Below are positions 28,807 to 38,768 of a stretch of 64,000 nucleotides of DNA, piece after piece (the stretch's first letter is position 1; each line of letters begins with the position of its first letter). The notes beneath the pieces are model-generated. The model was not told the DNA's origin and did no database searches. It saw nothing but the letters and a program-made list of their open reading frames with translations. The stretch spans positions 1 through 64,000 of the IMG/VR virus record IMGVR_UViG_3300048924_000100. One strand, written 5' to 3'. A program made the translations under genes and the position numbers.

Positions 28807-29763
28807 ATGAAAATTGTAAACCTACAGAAGTTTCTCAAGATGCCTGCTGGTACCCTGTTCGCGACTTATATTCCGCACAGCTATGAGTTCGGACCGCTGA
28901 CTATCAAAGACGACACTTGGAAAGAAGGGCCTAACAACTTCTTTTTCCAGGAGTTGTTAGAGGTCAGTAACGACGGTCGTGAAATGATCAAGATCCTGGA
29001 CGTGGCTGTCGGTGGCCTCACGTCGTTTAACCTCGACCTGAGTGAACCTGGTCGTATAGGGCCATGGGATGAGGATACACTGTTTGCGGTGTACGAACCT
29101 GCTGACGCTAAACAGTTGATCACCCGCTTGCTGAAAGCCTTTGGCGAAAGTGGGCTGATGGACCGAGCGCTAGTAGAAAAGATAGATCAGGTCATTACAC
29201 CTACTCGTTTGGAAGAAGCACCGTCGGTAGTAGGTATGGTTAACCCGAGCCACAAAGCCGCCTACGCAGCATTGGCCGGTTTGAACGTTGGTCCTTCTCC
29301 CGGTACTGAAGCACTGGTAGTTAGCGCCAACGCAGAAACTGCTAATCGTCGTTGTGTACACGTCATCCGCCCTGACAAGAACGGGGTTGAGGTCAACTAC
29401 GGTCGGTTGGCGGTAGGTCATGTGGAGGGCATTCCTTTTGTTGCTCAGGTAGAAAGCCTGATCACCATGGGTATCCCTTGCATCTACGTCGAGCGTATTC
29501 CGAAGTTCGTCCAAGACATTACGTTGGTTGTTAAGTGGATCGACAACGGAACTGAATGTGAAGCCACGTTCTACGCCTTGGAGAAGGAAGACCTCGCTCC
29601 ATTGGGCTTGGCTTTGTCCAAGAACGATTGTGCGGTAATGGCTACTTACATGGGTTGCTTCTTGCAGGTGTGGGCTAACGGTAAAGCTGCCAGTGAACGC
29701 AAGACGATCGACCACTTCGTTCACCGCATGTCACCAGAAGAAATCGAAGCTTCTAAGTTCTAG
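28807..29763 (+). CDS. hypothetical two-domain protein
   Basis: 318 aa, TAAGGA RBS. Confidence 0.8.
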   Translation: MKIVNLQKFLKMPAGTLFATYIPHSYEFGPLTIKDDTWKEGPNNFFFQELLEVSNDGREMIKILDVAVGGLTSFNLDLSEPGRIGPWDEDTLFAVYEPADAKQLITRLLKAFGESGLMDRALVEKIDQVITPTRLEEAPSVVGMVNPSHKAAYAALAGLNVGPSPGTEALVVSANAETANRRCVHVIRPDKNGVEVNYGRLAVGHVEGIPFVAQVESLITMGIPCIYVERIPKFVQDITLVVKWIDNGTECEATFYALEKEDLAPLGLALSKNDCAVMATYMGCFLQVWANGKAASERKTIDHFVHRMSPEEIEASKF

Positions 29764-29774
29764 GGGGAACTACG

Positions 29775-30023
29775 ATGGGTGATGTCTTTCTAGGTATTGC
29801 CACCATCAACGGTGCAACTTTTATTGCTGATCAAGATTTGTTGATTGGTATGCGGTTGCACTTCCGCCCTTACAAGGGCCATCACGAATACAAGCGTTTC
29901 GAGAAACAGACGATCTATGCGTTAACTCGGGGTTGTGAGAAAGTGCTGGTGGCTTATTTCAAACACATTAATAGAGACGTGCGGGTGATGTTGGAATATA
30001 CGGCTCGCAAGAAAGTCTACTAG
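29775..30023 (+). CDS. hypothetical protein
   Basis: 82-aa operonic ORF. Confidence 0.65.
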   Translation: MGDVFLGIATINGATFIADQDLLIGMRLHFRPYKGHHEYKRFEKQTIYALTRGCEKVLVAYFKHINRDVRVMLEYTARKKVY

Positions 30024-30031
30024 GAGGTCAT

Positions 30032-30319
30032 GTGGCAGAAGTAGTTTCACTTAGTGACTTCCGCTTAAAGAAAGCAATGGCTTGTCTTTCAAAAACATAT
30101 TCCGACAGCCCTGATATCTTCAAGAAGTATGTGGAGACGATGGACACCTATTGGTTCCGTAAGGAGCTGATGTCGTTGGATGCACGGATTGAGCGGTTGG
30201 ATAAGCTTATCCAGGCTAGGTCGGGTTATATTGACTTTGCTCTATTGAAAGAGAAGCAAGAGGTTGTTCTGTACCGACACAACCTAATCCAGGACTACGA
30301 TAAAAGAAGAGGTCAGTAA
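30032..30319 (+). CDS. small protein, N-terminal AEVVSLSDFRLKK
   Basis: AGGAGG RBS, GTG start. Confidence 0.7.
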   Translation: MAEVVSLSDFRLKKAMACLSKTYSDSPDIFKKYVETMDTYWFRKELMSLDARIERLDKLIQARSGYIDFALLKEKQEVVLYRHNLIQDYDKRRGQ

Positions 30320-30612
30320 TGGGCGAAGTCGTATACATCAAAGACTGGAAGAGTAAGCGTTTCGACTATGTCGACGCAGCCAGTAACGACATGGTAAATG
30401 AAGTCAAGAATCTGATGTCCCGGGCGTATGTACTTAACAAGAACATGCCGCAACTCCCCACCGTAACTGCTCGTGAAAAGGCGGTTCTTGATGCGCTGGA
30501 CTACACCATGAAAGCGCATGCCCTTGCAAAGAAGCACGGTATCGCAATTACTAATCATCCTAACGGTACTTACTCCGTAGGTCTTTACACCAATCAACCA
30601 CAGGAGCAGTGA
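30319..30612 (+). CDS. small protein, N-terminal GEVVYIKDWKSKR
   Basis: TAATG coupling. Confidence 0.7.
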   Translation: MGEVVYIKDWKSKRFDYVDAASNDMVNEVKNLMSRAYVLNKNMPQLPTVTAREKAVLDALDYTMKAHALAKKHGIAITNHPNGTYSVGLYTNQPQEQ

Positions 30613-30875
30613 CGATGGACGACTTCTTTAACGATATCGCTATGACCACGAACACCCTCGAACCAGAAGTCGCTGAGAAGGTCAACGAGGTTTTGCATGT
30701 ACGCGGTAATCTCGAGACCGCCTTCGTCGAAACTCTCATGTCGTTGGTCAACAGCAGCGCCGGGATTGAAATGCCCGAGGAACAACGTGCGCAGCTGGAC
30801 AGGGTGTTCGTGATGGCGCGTGACGACCTCGAGAAGTTGCGAGTGATGCTCTTTCAGAAAAAGGAAGGTGAGTAG
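30609..30875 (+). CDS. hypothetical protein
   Basis: GTGA overlap, AGGAG RBS. Confidence 0.7.
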   Translation: MTMDDFFNDIAMTTNTLEPEVAEKVNEVLHVRGNLETAFVETLMSLVNSSAGIEMPEEQRAQLDRVFVMARDDLEKLRVMLFQKKEGE

Positions 30876-31087
30876 TGGAAAACGATGAAGAAGTAAAACC
30901 TCCTATGATTTTCAAGGCCTCTTGCAGTTGGGAAGCATTCCTGCTGGCCATGATCTTCCTGGTAATGTGGGTCGTCGGGTGGGTACTCGCCAAAGGGTTC
31001 ATCAGCACGTTCTTCGCTGTGATCTTCTTCCCTTGGGGTTGGTACCTGATTGCTGAGAAAATCATGCTTGCCTACGGGTGGGTGTAA
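30875..31087 (+). CDS. small membrane protein
   Basis: Two hydrophobic segments, e.g. FFAVIFFPWGWYL. Confidence 0.7.
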   Translation: MENDEEVKPPMIFKASCSWEAFLLAMIFLVMWVVGWVLAKGFISTFFAVIFFPWGWYLIAEKIMLAYGWV

Positions 31088-31092
31088 GTACC

Positions 31093-31119
31093 CCTACCTC
31101 CCCTTTACGGGGAGGTAGG
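31093..31119 (+). terminator. hairpin terminator
   Basis: cctacctcccc-tttac-ggggaggtagg. Confidence 0.7.
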
Positions 31120-31147
31120 AATATTTAAGATACATTTTCTTTGAGGC

Positions 31148-31156
31148 CTATATTAC
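31148..31156 (+). promoter_or_regulatory. putative early promoter (CTATATTAC)
   Basis: Exact TATATTAC, intergenic. Confidence 0.7.
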
Positions 31157-31202
31157 TAGTGTGATTAAGATCATTCGATCTTTCATACTCCGGAGTAATA
31201 CC

Positions 31203-31628
31203 ATGAGAAAGAGTTACGATCACATTCCAGTTCTGATCCGTAAATGTGAAGACGGTTTTGAGCTCAACTATGGCCGTCAGGTGGTAGGGGAGTTGGAGGG
31301 CATTAAGTTCTGTTCCGAAGCTTGGTACATGGACTTGTTGCAGCTCGAGTACACCGAGGTGGAGGAAGTACCAGCGTTCCTGCTGGACTTCGTTGTGGAT
31401 GTCGAGATCGGTCATGACCGTAAGGCCTTTCATCCTCTCTCGAAGGATGACCTGCGCCCTCTGGCCATTGCGTTCTCCAAGCTTAACGGTGGACGCTGGA
31501 CAGGTGTGCGTCACAAGGTCCGTTGGTTGGAGACCTACCGCAACGGTCACGTGGAGAATGCTCATCAGACTATTGATGAGTTCTACCTCGAGATGACTCC
31601 AGAGCAGATCGAACACTCCAAGTTCTGA
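31203..31628 (+). CDS. hypothetical protein
   Basis: GGAG RBS before ATG 31203. Confidence 0.7.
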   Translation: MRKSYDHIPVLIRKCEDGFELNYGRQVVGELEGIKFCSEAWYMDLLQLEYTEVEEVPAFLLDFVVDVEIGHDRKAFHPLSKDDLRPLAIAFSKLNGGRWTGVRHKVRWLETYRNGHVENAHQTIDEFYLEMTPEQIEHSKF

Positions 31629-31674
31629 TCTGCTTTACCACTCCCCCAATTTCACTTTGTAAAAAGGTTCTATT

Positions 31675-32037
31675 ATGAGCACTGAATTTAACTCCCCAAG
31701 CCGTCGTCGTGTTGTAGCTACCATGCACCGTGCTAAGTCCAAAGACGTGATCATGGCTAGACACTATAGCTACTTCGACACGGCGCTTCCTCGGATGTTG
31801 CAGCTGGCGATTTCGTATTGCAATGAAGGCGACTTCATTGAGTTCGTCAGTACAGAGTTTGGGCACCAGTTGGGTGTCTTGCACATTCGTAAGGGTGGGC
31901 GTTTCGAGATTGAAATGAGTTCGCTGGTTAAGGCTAGCCCTAGCCTGCTGAAGCTCATGAACGAAGATGCCGGGTGGAGTAACAACCTGGTAAACGCAGC
32001 TTTAAAGAAAGCCGGCAGTACAAACGTCATTCATTAA
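31675..32037 (+). CDS. hypothetical protein
   Basis: 120 aa. Confidence 0.75.
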   Translation: MSTEFNSPSRRRVVATMHRAKSKDVIMARHYSYFDTALPRMLQLAISYCNEGDFIEFVSTEFGHQLGVLHIRKGGRFEIEMSSLVKASPSLLKLMNEDAGWSNNLVNAALKKAGSTNVIH

Positions 32038-32048
32038 GGAGTAACACA

Positions 32049-32270
32049 ATGGAATTTGAATCCATGTTGGCACAGCTTAAGAAACTGGAACAAAAGTCTG
32101 ATGCGGCATGGGAGCAACTCCATGCGCTGTTTGCTCAGGCTCATAATGCATTTGATGATAACGAAGAATTCGATCGCATTCACGAGGAGATCGAAGTCAA
32201 GCAGGGTGAGATTGATGCGCTCGCCAAAGAAGAAGAGTCGATCCTGGCTCAAATGGAACAAGCCGCCTAA
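32049..32270 (+). CDS. small acidic coiled-coil protein
   Basis: TAAGGAG RBS; about 19 of 73 residues are D/E. Confidence 0.75.
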   Translation: MEFESMLAQLKKLEQKSDAAWEQLHALFAQAHNAFDDNEEFDRIHEEIEVKQGEIDALAKEEESILAQMEQAA

Positions 32271-32283
32271 AAGGAGTAAGATC

Positions 32284-32550
32284 ATGGGACAAGTCGTTCA
32301 GATGTTCGCACCGAAGGCTACCACCTATGTCCGTAGCCAAAAAGCTATTGACCTGGATAATAAGCTTAAGCTCTATCATCGCATTGAGGGGCTGGAACAC
32401 GTGAAGAGCGTGTTTATTTCGCTGGTGCGGACTCTGGAAGATCCCCGGGATGCTTTCACCGCACGGCAGATGGCAGCAGAAACTCAACGTGACATCGATA
32501 AAGCCGTGGCAGAATTTACAGGTCTGTACGGTGCGCTCGATAACTGGTAA
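32284..32550 (+). CDS. small protein (MGQVVQMF...)
   Basis: AAGGAG RBS before ATG 32284. Confidence 0.7.
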   Translation: MGQVVQMFAPKATTYVRSQKAIDLDNKLKLYHRIEGLEHVKSVFISLVRTLEDPRDAFTARQMAAETQRDIDKAVAEFTGLYGALDNW

Positions 32551-32557
32551 GCAGCTA

Positions 32558-32591
32558 TACCCTACCTAACCCATTTGGGTTAGGTAGGGTA
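32558..32591. terminator. bidirectional terminator
   Basis: 15-bp stem taccctacctaaccc/gggttaggtagggta between convergent genes. Confidence 0.8.
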
Positions 32592-32615
32592 GCCTGTCCA
32601 TCCTTTTATTTTTTG

Positions 32616-33614
32616 TTATGCGGCAGCTGTTGTTACGCAGCAGGCTTCGATGCCCTTAGCCATTTGGCTAATGCATTCACGCGTTTGCTCTGCCAGCTTG
32701 ATGATCACCATGATACTTGCCATTACACGCTTAAGTTCGGTGATCTCTTCGATCAGTTCCTTTTTGCTGTACTGGCTACTGCTCAGACCGTTGATCTTTG
32801 CTTGAGTATCTTTGATAGCATGCTCATGCTCGTTCTTCATTGCTCGGATAGTTTCCAGACTGTTGTCTGTAGCTTCGAGACAGCGGTGTGACCAGCTGAT
32901 CCATGCCTTGGTTTCAGCCAAGCCTTTGCGTGGCTCCTTCATCCCTGTGAAGCCGTTCAAGAACGTCTGGATAGCATGACCCAGTACCTTACGATCGCCG
33001 CTACCCTTGGCGTACTCTTCCTTGCGCGCAGTCAGCTCCTCGTAAAGAGCCTTGAACTTCTTGGCACACTCGTTCAACTTGGGCTTGTCAAGCAACTCAG
33101 CTTCGAAGACTTCCTTGATGAGTGGGGCAGCTGCCTGCTTAGCCTTGGCCGGTTCGGCCTGCTTGAGCTCTTCAACCTTCTTCGTGAGTTCCTTCTTTTT
33201 AGGAGAGGCTTCAGAAAGTGTTGCGACCTTCTTCTCAACCTTGGCAACAACTGCCTTGACGTTCTCCTCGGTCACCTTTGGAGCTTCAACTTCCTTAACA
33301 GCTGCTTCAGTCTCCTTGACGACTTCTTTAGCCGCGGTCGAATCTTCCTTGTTCGTTTTGCCAAAGAAGAAGTCCCAGATGGAGGTGAACATCTTCTTGA
33401 TGTATTCCCACATCTTGGCGATGCCATCACCGAGGTCGCTGAGGAGGCCTTCAGTGCCCGTTACAGACGAGCGGGTGATATCGTTGGCGTCGAGTACACC
33501 AATGATGTAACGCTGCGCATACGTGAGGTCAAGGCTCTCAGAGCCATTCAGCGAATCCAGCAGGCCGTCCATGACGGTTTCAACGTGGCTTACTTCCGGT
33601 AATGTATCGAACAT
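32616..33614 (-). CDS. internal head protein (phiKZ head/inner-body family-like)
   Basis: Acidic propeptide, VTGTE|G cleavage-like site, then amphipathic helix IAKMWEYIKKMFTSIWDFF. Confidence 0.7.
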   Translation of the reverse strand: MFDTLPEVSHVETVMDGLLDSLNGSESLDLTYAQRYIIGVLDANDITRSSVTGTEGLLSDLGDGIAKMWEYIKKMFTSIWDFFFGKTNKEDSTAAKEVVKETEAAVKEVEAPKVTEENVKAVVAKVEKKVATLSEASPKKKELTKKVEELKQAEPAKAKQAAAPLIKEVFEAELLDKPKLNECAKKFKALYEELTARKEEYAKGSGDRKVLGHAIQTFLNGFTGMKEPRKGLAETKAWISWSHRCLEATDNSLETIRAMKNEHEHAIKDTQAKINGLSSSQYSKKELIEEITELKRVMASIMVIIKLAEQTRECISQMAKGIEACCVTTAAA

Positions 33615-33633
33615 GATCAAACTTCCTAGAGGG

Positions 33634-36477
33634 TTAGAAAAGGGTTAGTGCGCTGTTGGTCATCTTGAGCGGACGGCCATTCAATTCTTCGCTGATATCC
33701 AGGGTCTCTTCACCAGTTACGTTAGCAAACGCCACGTGACCTTCCATGCGCCCCATCAAAGCATCCACCTGTTCTTTACTCCAGGCCAAGATGTCCAAGC
33801 TGCGAGTGGTGATGTTGAGTTTATCCCCAGTGTCCATGTCCAGCATCCGGAAGAAGCATTGAGCTGCATCTTGTCCGGTACGCCAGATCCTGCCTTTCAC
33901 TTGCCGCAACTCGTGTTCCCTGAATGGGGAATCCAACCCGATGATCTGGTTAGCCATCAACAACGGATAACCTTCCTTCAGACTGTTGTACACGGCCACC
34001 AAAGGATTGGTACGCTGGTCCTCACCAAACTTCTTGATGGTGGGTTCCCGGTCGCTGCTGTTCTCGCCATACACCGATACAGGCTTGTAACCCTGAGCGG
34101 TCAAGTAATCAACCGAGAGTTTCAAGGCTTCAACGTAAGAGGTAAAGATAACAGTCTTCTTCTCTACGTCGTCAATGTACTTAGGCAACTCAGCGTGAGC
34201 GATTAGATCCTTAATGGCATTGATACGTGCACGACCCAAAACGTTGCCCAGGGCTTCACCACGGATCTTCAGAGCCAGGTACTTAACCGCTGATTTCACG
34301 TTACGGAACTCAGCCAGCTCAGGACCCCGGATACCACGTTCGATATCCTCCTCTACAGACTTGCAGAAGGCACTGTCAGCTGCATCCGTGAAGTTGTTGT
34401 ACCCTTGGGTGCGGAACCGATTAACGACCGCCTTGTAGCGCTGTAGCTCGGCCAACTCTTTTGGGTGCTTCAGGACCGTGTGCTCATAGCGTTGAACCAC
34501 ATCGTTATAGAACACGATGAATTCTGCCATGTGTGCATTGTAGAAACGAACTCGCTCCACAATGTAGGTCTGCATCTCCAAACGAATAGCGTCCAAGGTG
34601 TACTTCTCCCCGTTAGGGATTTTAACCTTGATGATCTCGAACGGAGGAGGATCACCCATACCAGCCAGTTCAGGGATAGAGAACTTGCCACGACCGATAC
34701 GATTCGCCAGCAACGCGATAAGCGCAGGACGGTTACGACCATAGCTCGCCATGAAGAACTCTCTAGCGGGCTTGTCGAAGTGTTTATCGATAAGGCAGGT
34801 GATAGGGTAGATCTCACTCCCAAGTGCCTTCAGCGGCGTCCCAGACATCGGTAGCGCATCCTGGAACAACCCGTCATCCGCCAACTCAACCAATCGACGC
34901 GTTTGCTTAGACTTCATGTCGTTAAAGTTGTGAGACTCATCGACGATCAGACTAAACTGTTGCTTGTTGCGTTTCATGGCTTCATTAAACCATTTGCGCA
35001 AGTGGTCGTAGTTGTTACCCTGGAGGAACTCGTAGTGCACGATGTAGTAGTCGTAGTCATCGGTCAACAAACGACCGGATGTAGACGTCCATACGCGTGG
35101 CATCTCATGGAAGTGCTTGCGCATGTTACCGAGCCAGACTTCTTCCACGATGTTCAGAGGGCAGAGGATGATGCACTTGTTATCACTGACCAACGTTGAC
35201 CACATTAACGAGGTCACGGTGTTGTGTGTCACGATCCAGTTATCAACAATGTACAAACAGTCTTCACTGTCAATACTGATGCAGGCGGTTTCGATCTGCG
35301 GTTGTTGTTCGATAGCCACCAACTTGAGTTTGAGGTTCTCGTATTGATGTAGATCAACAATCTCACCTAACGGAACGCCTACCAGGCTGTCCACTAACCC
35401 GACCATGTCACGGTGTTTAAAGGTCACCTTGAACGAAGTGCCGAAGAGTTCCTGAGAAGCCACCCCTCCAAGACTCCACATGAGCTTCTGGAAGTTGGTA
35501 GCACCGTAGACGTTGTCCACAACCACCGATACGCCAGCCTCTGACAGATGACACCCTGACTGCTCGATCATGAGCTTAGCGATCTGGTGTCTTTCCCCGT
35601 AGGAGAGTTCTGTCACTGGGTCAGCCATATGTATACCAGCAGTCAGCAGACCGGTAGCAATCGTGAGCAAATCCAGATGAGAAGATGAGGTGTCTTCATT
35701 CACGTTACCCACCAGTGGGATGTGGTAACTGAACTGGTCGAAGTGATTGATGATGTCCCTGGTTGTAGTGACGTAGGTCTGGGCGACGATGTTACCTTGT
35801 TCGTCAACACCGGCCTCGGCCACTTCCCACAGATGTAGCGGGTGTGATTCAGCAGTACGGCCATCCTCAAAGGTAAACCGGAAACTCTCGGTAACACCTT
35901 GGGGGAAGTAACCCGTGATGTTGGCAACGTTCCCCTTGGGTCCTATCACCTGGTCACCTATCTTAAGGTCACCAAGGCGCTTCCAGCCACCCGGTACTTT
36001 AACCTGGGTGTTCAGGGGCATTGCTTTACCGCTACCTACTGCCGCATCGAGCAACAATCCTTTAAGGTGGTAGCTGGGCTTAATGATGGGGTACTGTTCC
36101 AGGAACTCACGTTGTTTGGGGAACGGTGCTACCTTGAACCGCTCCAGTCGTTTGAAATCAAACTGTTTGCCGATGGGGTTAACAGTGTCCTTAATCCAGG
36201 TTTCTGTTTCAAGCAGGTGCTTTAATTCAGCCAGCTCTCTACGACGACTACGGAGGTTACGAACCTTCAGCAACTCTCCCAGAACCAGATGCAGTTCTAC
36301 CAAGAAGAAGTTATGGACCTTGATGGTATCCCAGGTTTCCCTGCGGATCTGCCATTTGGTAATAAGGGAGCTGCTGTAGAACTTCTCAATGTCTCGTGCC
36401 AGTGCGCCGTATGAAACCCCTGTGATGTGAACGTATACCCCAGTTTGCTTTACAGCAACTGAAAATAAGTTGAACAT
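33634..36477 (-). CDS. SNF2/SF2 helicase containing an intein
   Basis: Walker A AAVGSGK|T split by the intein; DESH; motif III SGTP; QVKGRIWRTGQ motif VI. Confidence 0.9.
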   Translation of the reverse strand: MFNLFSVAVKQTGVYVHITGVSYGALARDIEKFYSSSLITKWQIRRETWDTIKVHNFFLVELHLVLGELLKVRNLRSRRRELAELKHLLETETWIKDTVNPIGKQFDFKRLERFKVAPFPKQREFLEQYPIIKPSYHLKGLLLDAAVGSGKAMPLNTQVKVPGGWKRLGDLKIGDQVIGPKGNVANITGYFPQGVTESFRFTFEDGRTAESHPLHLWEVAEAGVDEQGNIVAQTYVTTTRDIINHFDQFSYHIPLVGNVNEDTSSSHLDLLTIATGLLTAGIHMADPVTELSYGERHQIAKLMIEQSGCHLSEAGVSVVVDNVYGATNFQKLMWSLGGVASQELFGTSFKVTFKHRDMVGLVDSLVGVPLGEIVDLHQYENLKLKLVAIEQQPQIETACISIDSEDCLYIVDNWIVTHNTVTSLMWSTLVSDNKCIILCPLNIVEEVWLGNMRKHFHEMPRVWTSTSGRLLTDDYDYYIVHYEFLQGNNYDHLRKWFNEAMKRNKQQFSLIVDESHNFNDMKSKQTRRLVELADDGLFQDALPMSGTPLKALGSEIYPITCLIDKHFDKPAREFFMASYGRNRPALIALLANRIGRGKFSIPELAGMGDPPPFEIIKVKIPNGEKYTLDAIRLEMQTYIVERVRFYNAHMAEFIVFYNDVVQRYEHTVLKHPKELAELQRYKAVVNRFRTQGYNNFTDAADSAFCKSVEEDIERGIRGPELAEFRNVKSAVKYLALKIRGEALGNVLGRARINAIKDLIAHAELPKYIDDVEKKTVIFTSYVEALKLSVDYLTAQGYKPVSVYGENSSDREPTIKKFGEDQRTNPLVAVYNSLKEGYPLLMANQIIGLDSPFREHELRQVKGRIWRTGQDAAQCFFRMLDMDTGDKLNITTRSLDILAWSKEQVDALMGRMEGHVAFANVTGEETLDISEELNGRPLKMTNSALTLF
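35221..36024 (-). mobile_element. class 3 intein (268 aa, Ala1, ends HN|T) with degenerate LAGLIDADG remnant
   Basis: Block A AMPLNTQV...GDLKIGDQV; block B HLW; block F TACISID; block G VTHN followed by Thr. Confidence 0.9.
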
Positions 36478-36516
36478 TGAACTGCCTCCAGTGGCAATAC
36501 TTTAAAAAGAGGGAAA

Positions 36517-37947
36517 GTGATGAGCGAAGAAAATAAAGGCGTCGAGGTGGAAACCCATACACCTGAAAGCTCCATGGAGCTGCTGAAAGAAATGACTACG
36601 CCAAAAGAAGGCATCGGCAAGCACCTTATGTCCCCGGAAGAAGCAGCCCAGCACGTCCGTGATCCTAGCCAACCCGAAGCAATTAGCTGGGCGGTTCATG
36701 TGAACGACGATGGCCGGGCTGTCGGTGCAACTGTTACCGAACAGTACGCTAACCTCAACACGGTAGACATCCCAAAACTGTGGGGTCACTCCCTGCCGCT
36801 GATCTTCCCACTGCACCGCGCCCAGCCTTCGGATCCAATTCCTGATTGGGCCCAGGCGATGATCATCTTCTACAAAGCCATCCACGGGCAAGACGTTGAC
36901 GTCAGCAACCTGCACATTTATTGCTATCGCGGTCTGGATGGCGAAGAAGAAATTAACTGGTTCCGTTTCCAGATCGGCGAGGTGTCGCACACCTACGCGG
37001 TGCGTTTCAAAGATGTTGATCTGTTCAGGGACAAGATGTTCGAAGAGAACCCACTGGAGTGGACCTACCAGCGTCGTCCTTCTGCCCGCGGTCTGAACAT
37101 GAATGTAACCCAGGCGCCTATAGAGTTGCCACTGAGCTTCTTCCCATTGGAGTTCAGTAAAGGTCCGCTGGATGACCTGTTCGACGGTGATTTCACCCAA
37201 GCGCACGACATCGTTGAACGTCTGAATGAAGACCTCCTCGACCGTCTGTCTGAGCTCAACCGTATCGCCATGAAACTGGCTGATCTGATCGTTCAGAAAG
37301 ACCACGACCTGTACCTGAGCTTCAAAGGTGTTAACGGTCTCAAGCAGATGAACGTGGCACTGGATCGTGTCTATCCAAAGCTGCCTGAATCCGGTGAGAT
37401 CGTTCTGGGTGACGAACCTATCAACATCTTCGAATGGTCCGGCTACAGCAAGGTCGTTCAAGTCAACATCAAGCGTATCAGCCACGGCACTCGCCAGATC
37501 AACCGCATGTTCGACAAGTATCGTGCGTTGATCAATCCACATCCAGCTATCCAGGAGATCTTTGATACCAACCTCAAAGAACAACTGATGGCGTCCAGTC
37601 ACTTCCTTAACCGTGTCTATGGCTTCTCCGCTGCTTACGGCGTGAAGTACATGGAAGAAGTGGCCAACGAAGTGATCGGCAAGCTGAACGCACATGGCGG
37701 CGCTATCGGCCTGGATCTAAACGAGTGGGTCGTTTACGAGTACCACGAAGAAGGTCGTCCGACTCCGATTGAAACCGAAGAGCTGGACTTCAAGAAGCAG
37801 ATCCTCAACAGCTACACGCAGAGCTTCGTAGACGCCCTCTACGGTTACCTGCTCGACGTGCAGAACCCGTACATCAAACCGTACACCTACCGTGAAGTAG
37901 TGGCCGGCGATGACGGTATCGAAGTAGGCACCATCCGTCAGGTATAA
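36517..37947 (+). CDS. conserved hypothetical protein
   Basis: 476 aa, strong codon bias, divergent from the helicase. Confidence 0.8.
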   Translation: MMSEENKGVEVETHTPESSMELLKEMTTPKEGIGKHLMSPEEAAQHVRDPSQPEAISWAVHVNDDGRAVGATVTEQYANLNTVDIPKLWGHSLPLIFPLHRAQPSDPIPDWAQAMIIFYKAIHGQDVDVSNLHIYCYRGLDGEEEINWFRFQIGEVSHTYAVRFKDVDLFRDKMFEENPLEWTYQRRPSARGLNMNVTQAPIELPLSFFPLEFSKGPLDDLFDGDFTQAHDIVERLNEDLLDRLSELNRIAMKLADLIVQKDHDLYLSFKGVNGLKQMNVALDRVYPKLPESGEIVLGDEPINIFEWSGYSKVVQVNIKRISHGTRQINRMFDKYRALINPHPAIQEIFDTNLKEQLMASSHFLNRVYGFSAAYGVKYMEEVANEVIGKLNAHGGAIGLDLNEWVVYEYHEEGRPTPIETEELDFKKQILNSYTQSFVDALYGYLLDVQNPYIKPYTYREVVAGDDGIEVGTIRQV

Positions 37948-37959
37948 AAACCACGACTA

Positions 37960-37991
37960 CCTCTAACAGCCCTTTGCGGGGCTGTTAGAGG
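37960..37991. terminator. bidirectional terminator
   Basis: 13-bp stem, loop TTTGCG, followed by TTATGGCTG. Confidence 0.8.
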
Positions 37992-38004
37992 CGTTATGGC
38001 TGCA

Positions 38005-38766
38005 TCAGGGTACTGGTATTGGAGGAAGGCCTGCTGTTACCAATGCCGCGTTAGCTTCAACGAGGGCTGCTTGGGTTGCAGTAAGACTGTCCTGTGCTTC
38101 GGTAAGATCGGCCTGAGCCAGCAACAACGCATCCTTGGTGGTGATCAACTGCCCTTCCAATTTTGCGATGTACGTATCCTTGTTGGCAAGCGAAGCGGTC
38201 AGAGTCTTTACTTTCGCTACATCGTTGCTAGCGTCAGTGATCAAACCCTTGCGAGTATTCTCATACGCGTCAGCTTGGGATTGGCTTACGTACCCTACGG
38301 TTGGAATGGTTCCCAGTCGTACAGTAGAAGTAACCCCCAGCGTAGCGGTGATGTACTGCTTGGTGTGATCCAGAACCTGTTGCATCGCCAACGCCATCGA
38401 CGGCGGTACAGGACCCAGATCAGCGATCATGCACATGCGCTCGTACGACACACCGTCTACCAACGGGAACGAAGTCAGGTAGGTGGTCGGTACGTAAACA
38501 GGAAGCCCGTTACGGTCCAGCAAAGCACAGATGATCGCACCAGAATCTTTGGCGCGCTTAAGCACTGTTGGGAAGTCTTCAGCAGTGACCCCCACCGGTG
38601 CAAACACCAAACTGTAGAGATCCAGCTTAGCCCCTTCCATCTCGTGGATGGTCCGGGTAGCTTCTACCGTGTAATAGGTAGACTGGTTTACAATCTGGTC
38701 AAATGGAGCAGCTGCTTCGAAGCGACCCGCCGCATTCATCGACGGAATCATGTTTTGGTCAGCCAT
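38005..38766 (-). CDS. putative virion protein with C-terminal coiled coil
   Basis: 253 aa; heptad-like C-terminus. Confidence 0.65.
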   Translation of the reverse strand: MADQNMIPSMNAAGRFEAAAPFDQIVNQSTYYTVEATRTIHEMEGAKLDLYSLVFAPVGVTAEDFPTVLKRAKDSGAIICALLDRNGLPVYVPTTYLTSFPLVDGVSYERMCMIADLGPVPPSMALAMQQVLDHTKQYITATLGVTSTVRLGTIPTVGYVSQSQADAYENTRKGLITDASNDVAKVKTLTASLANKDTYIAKLEGQLITTKDALLLAQADLTEAQDSLTATQAALVEANAALVTAGLPPIPVP

Positions 38767-38768
38767 GG

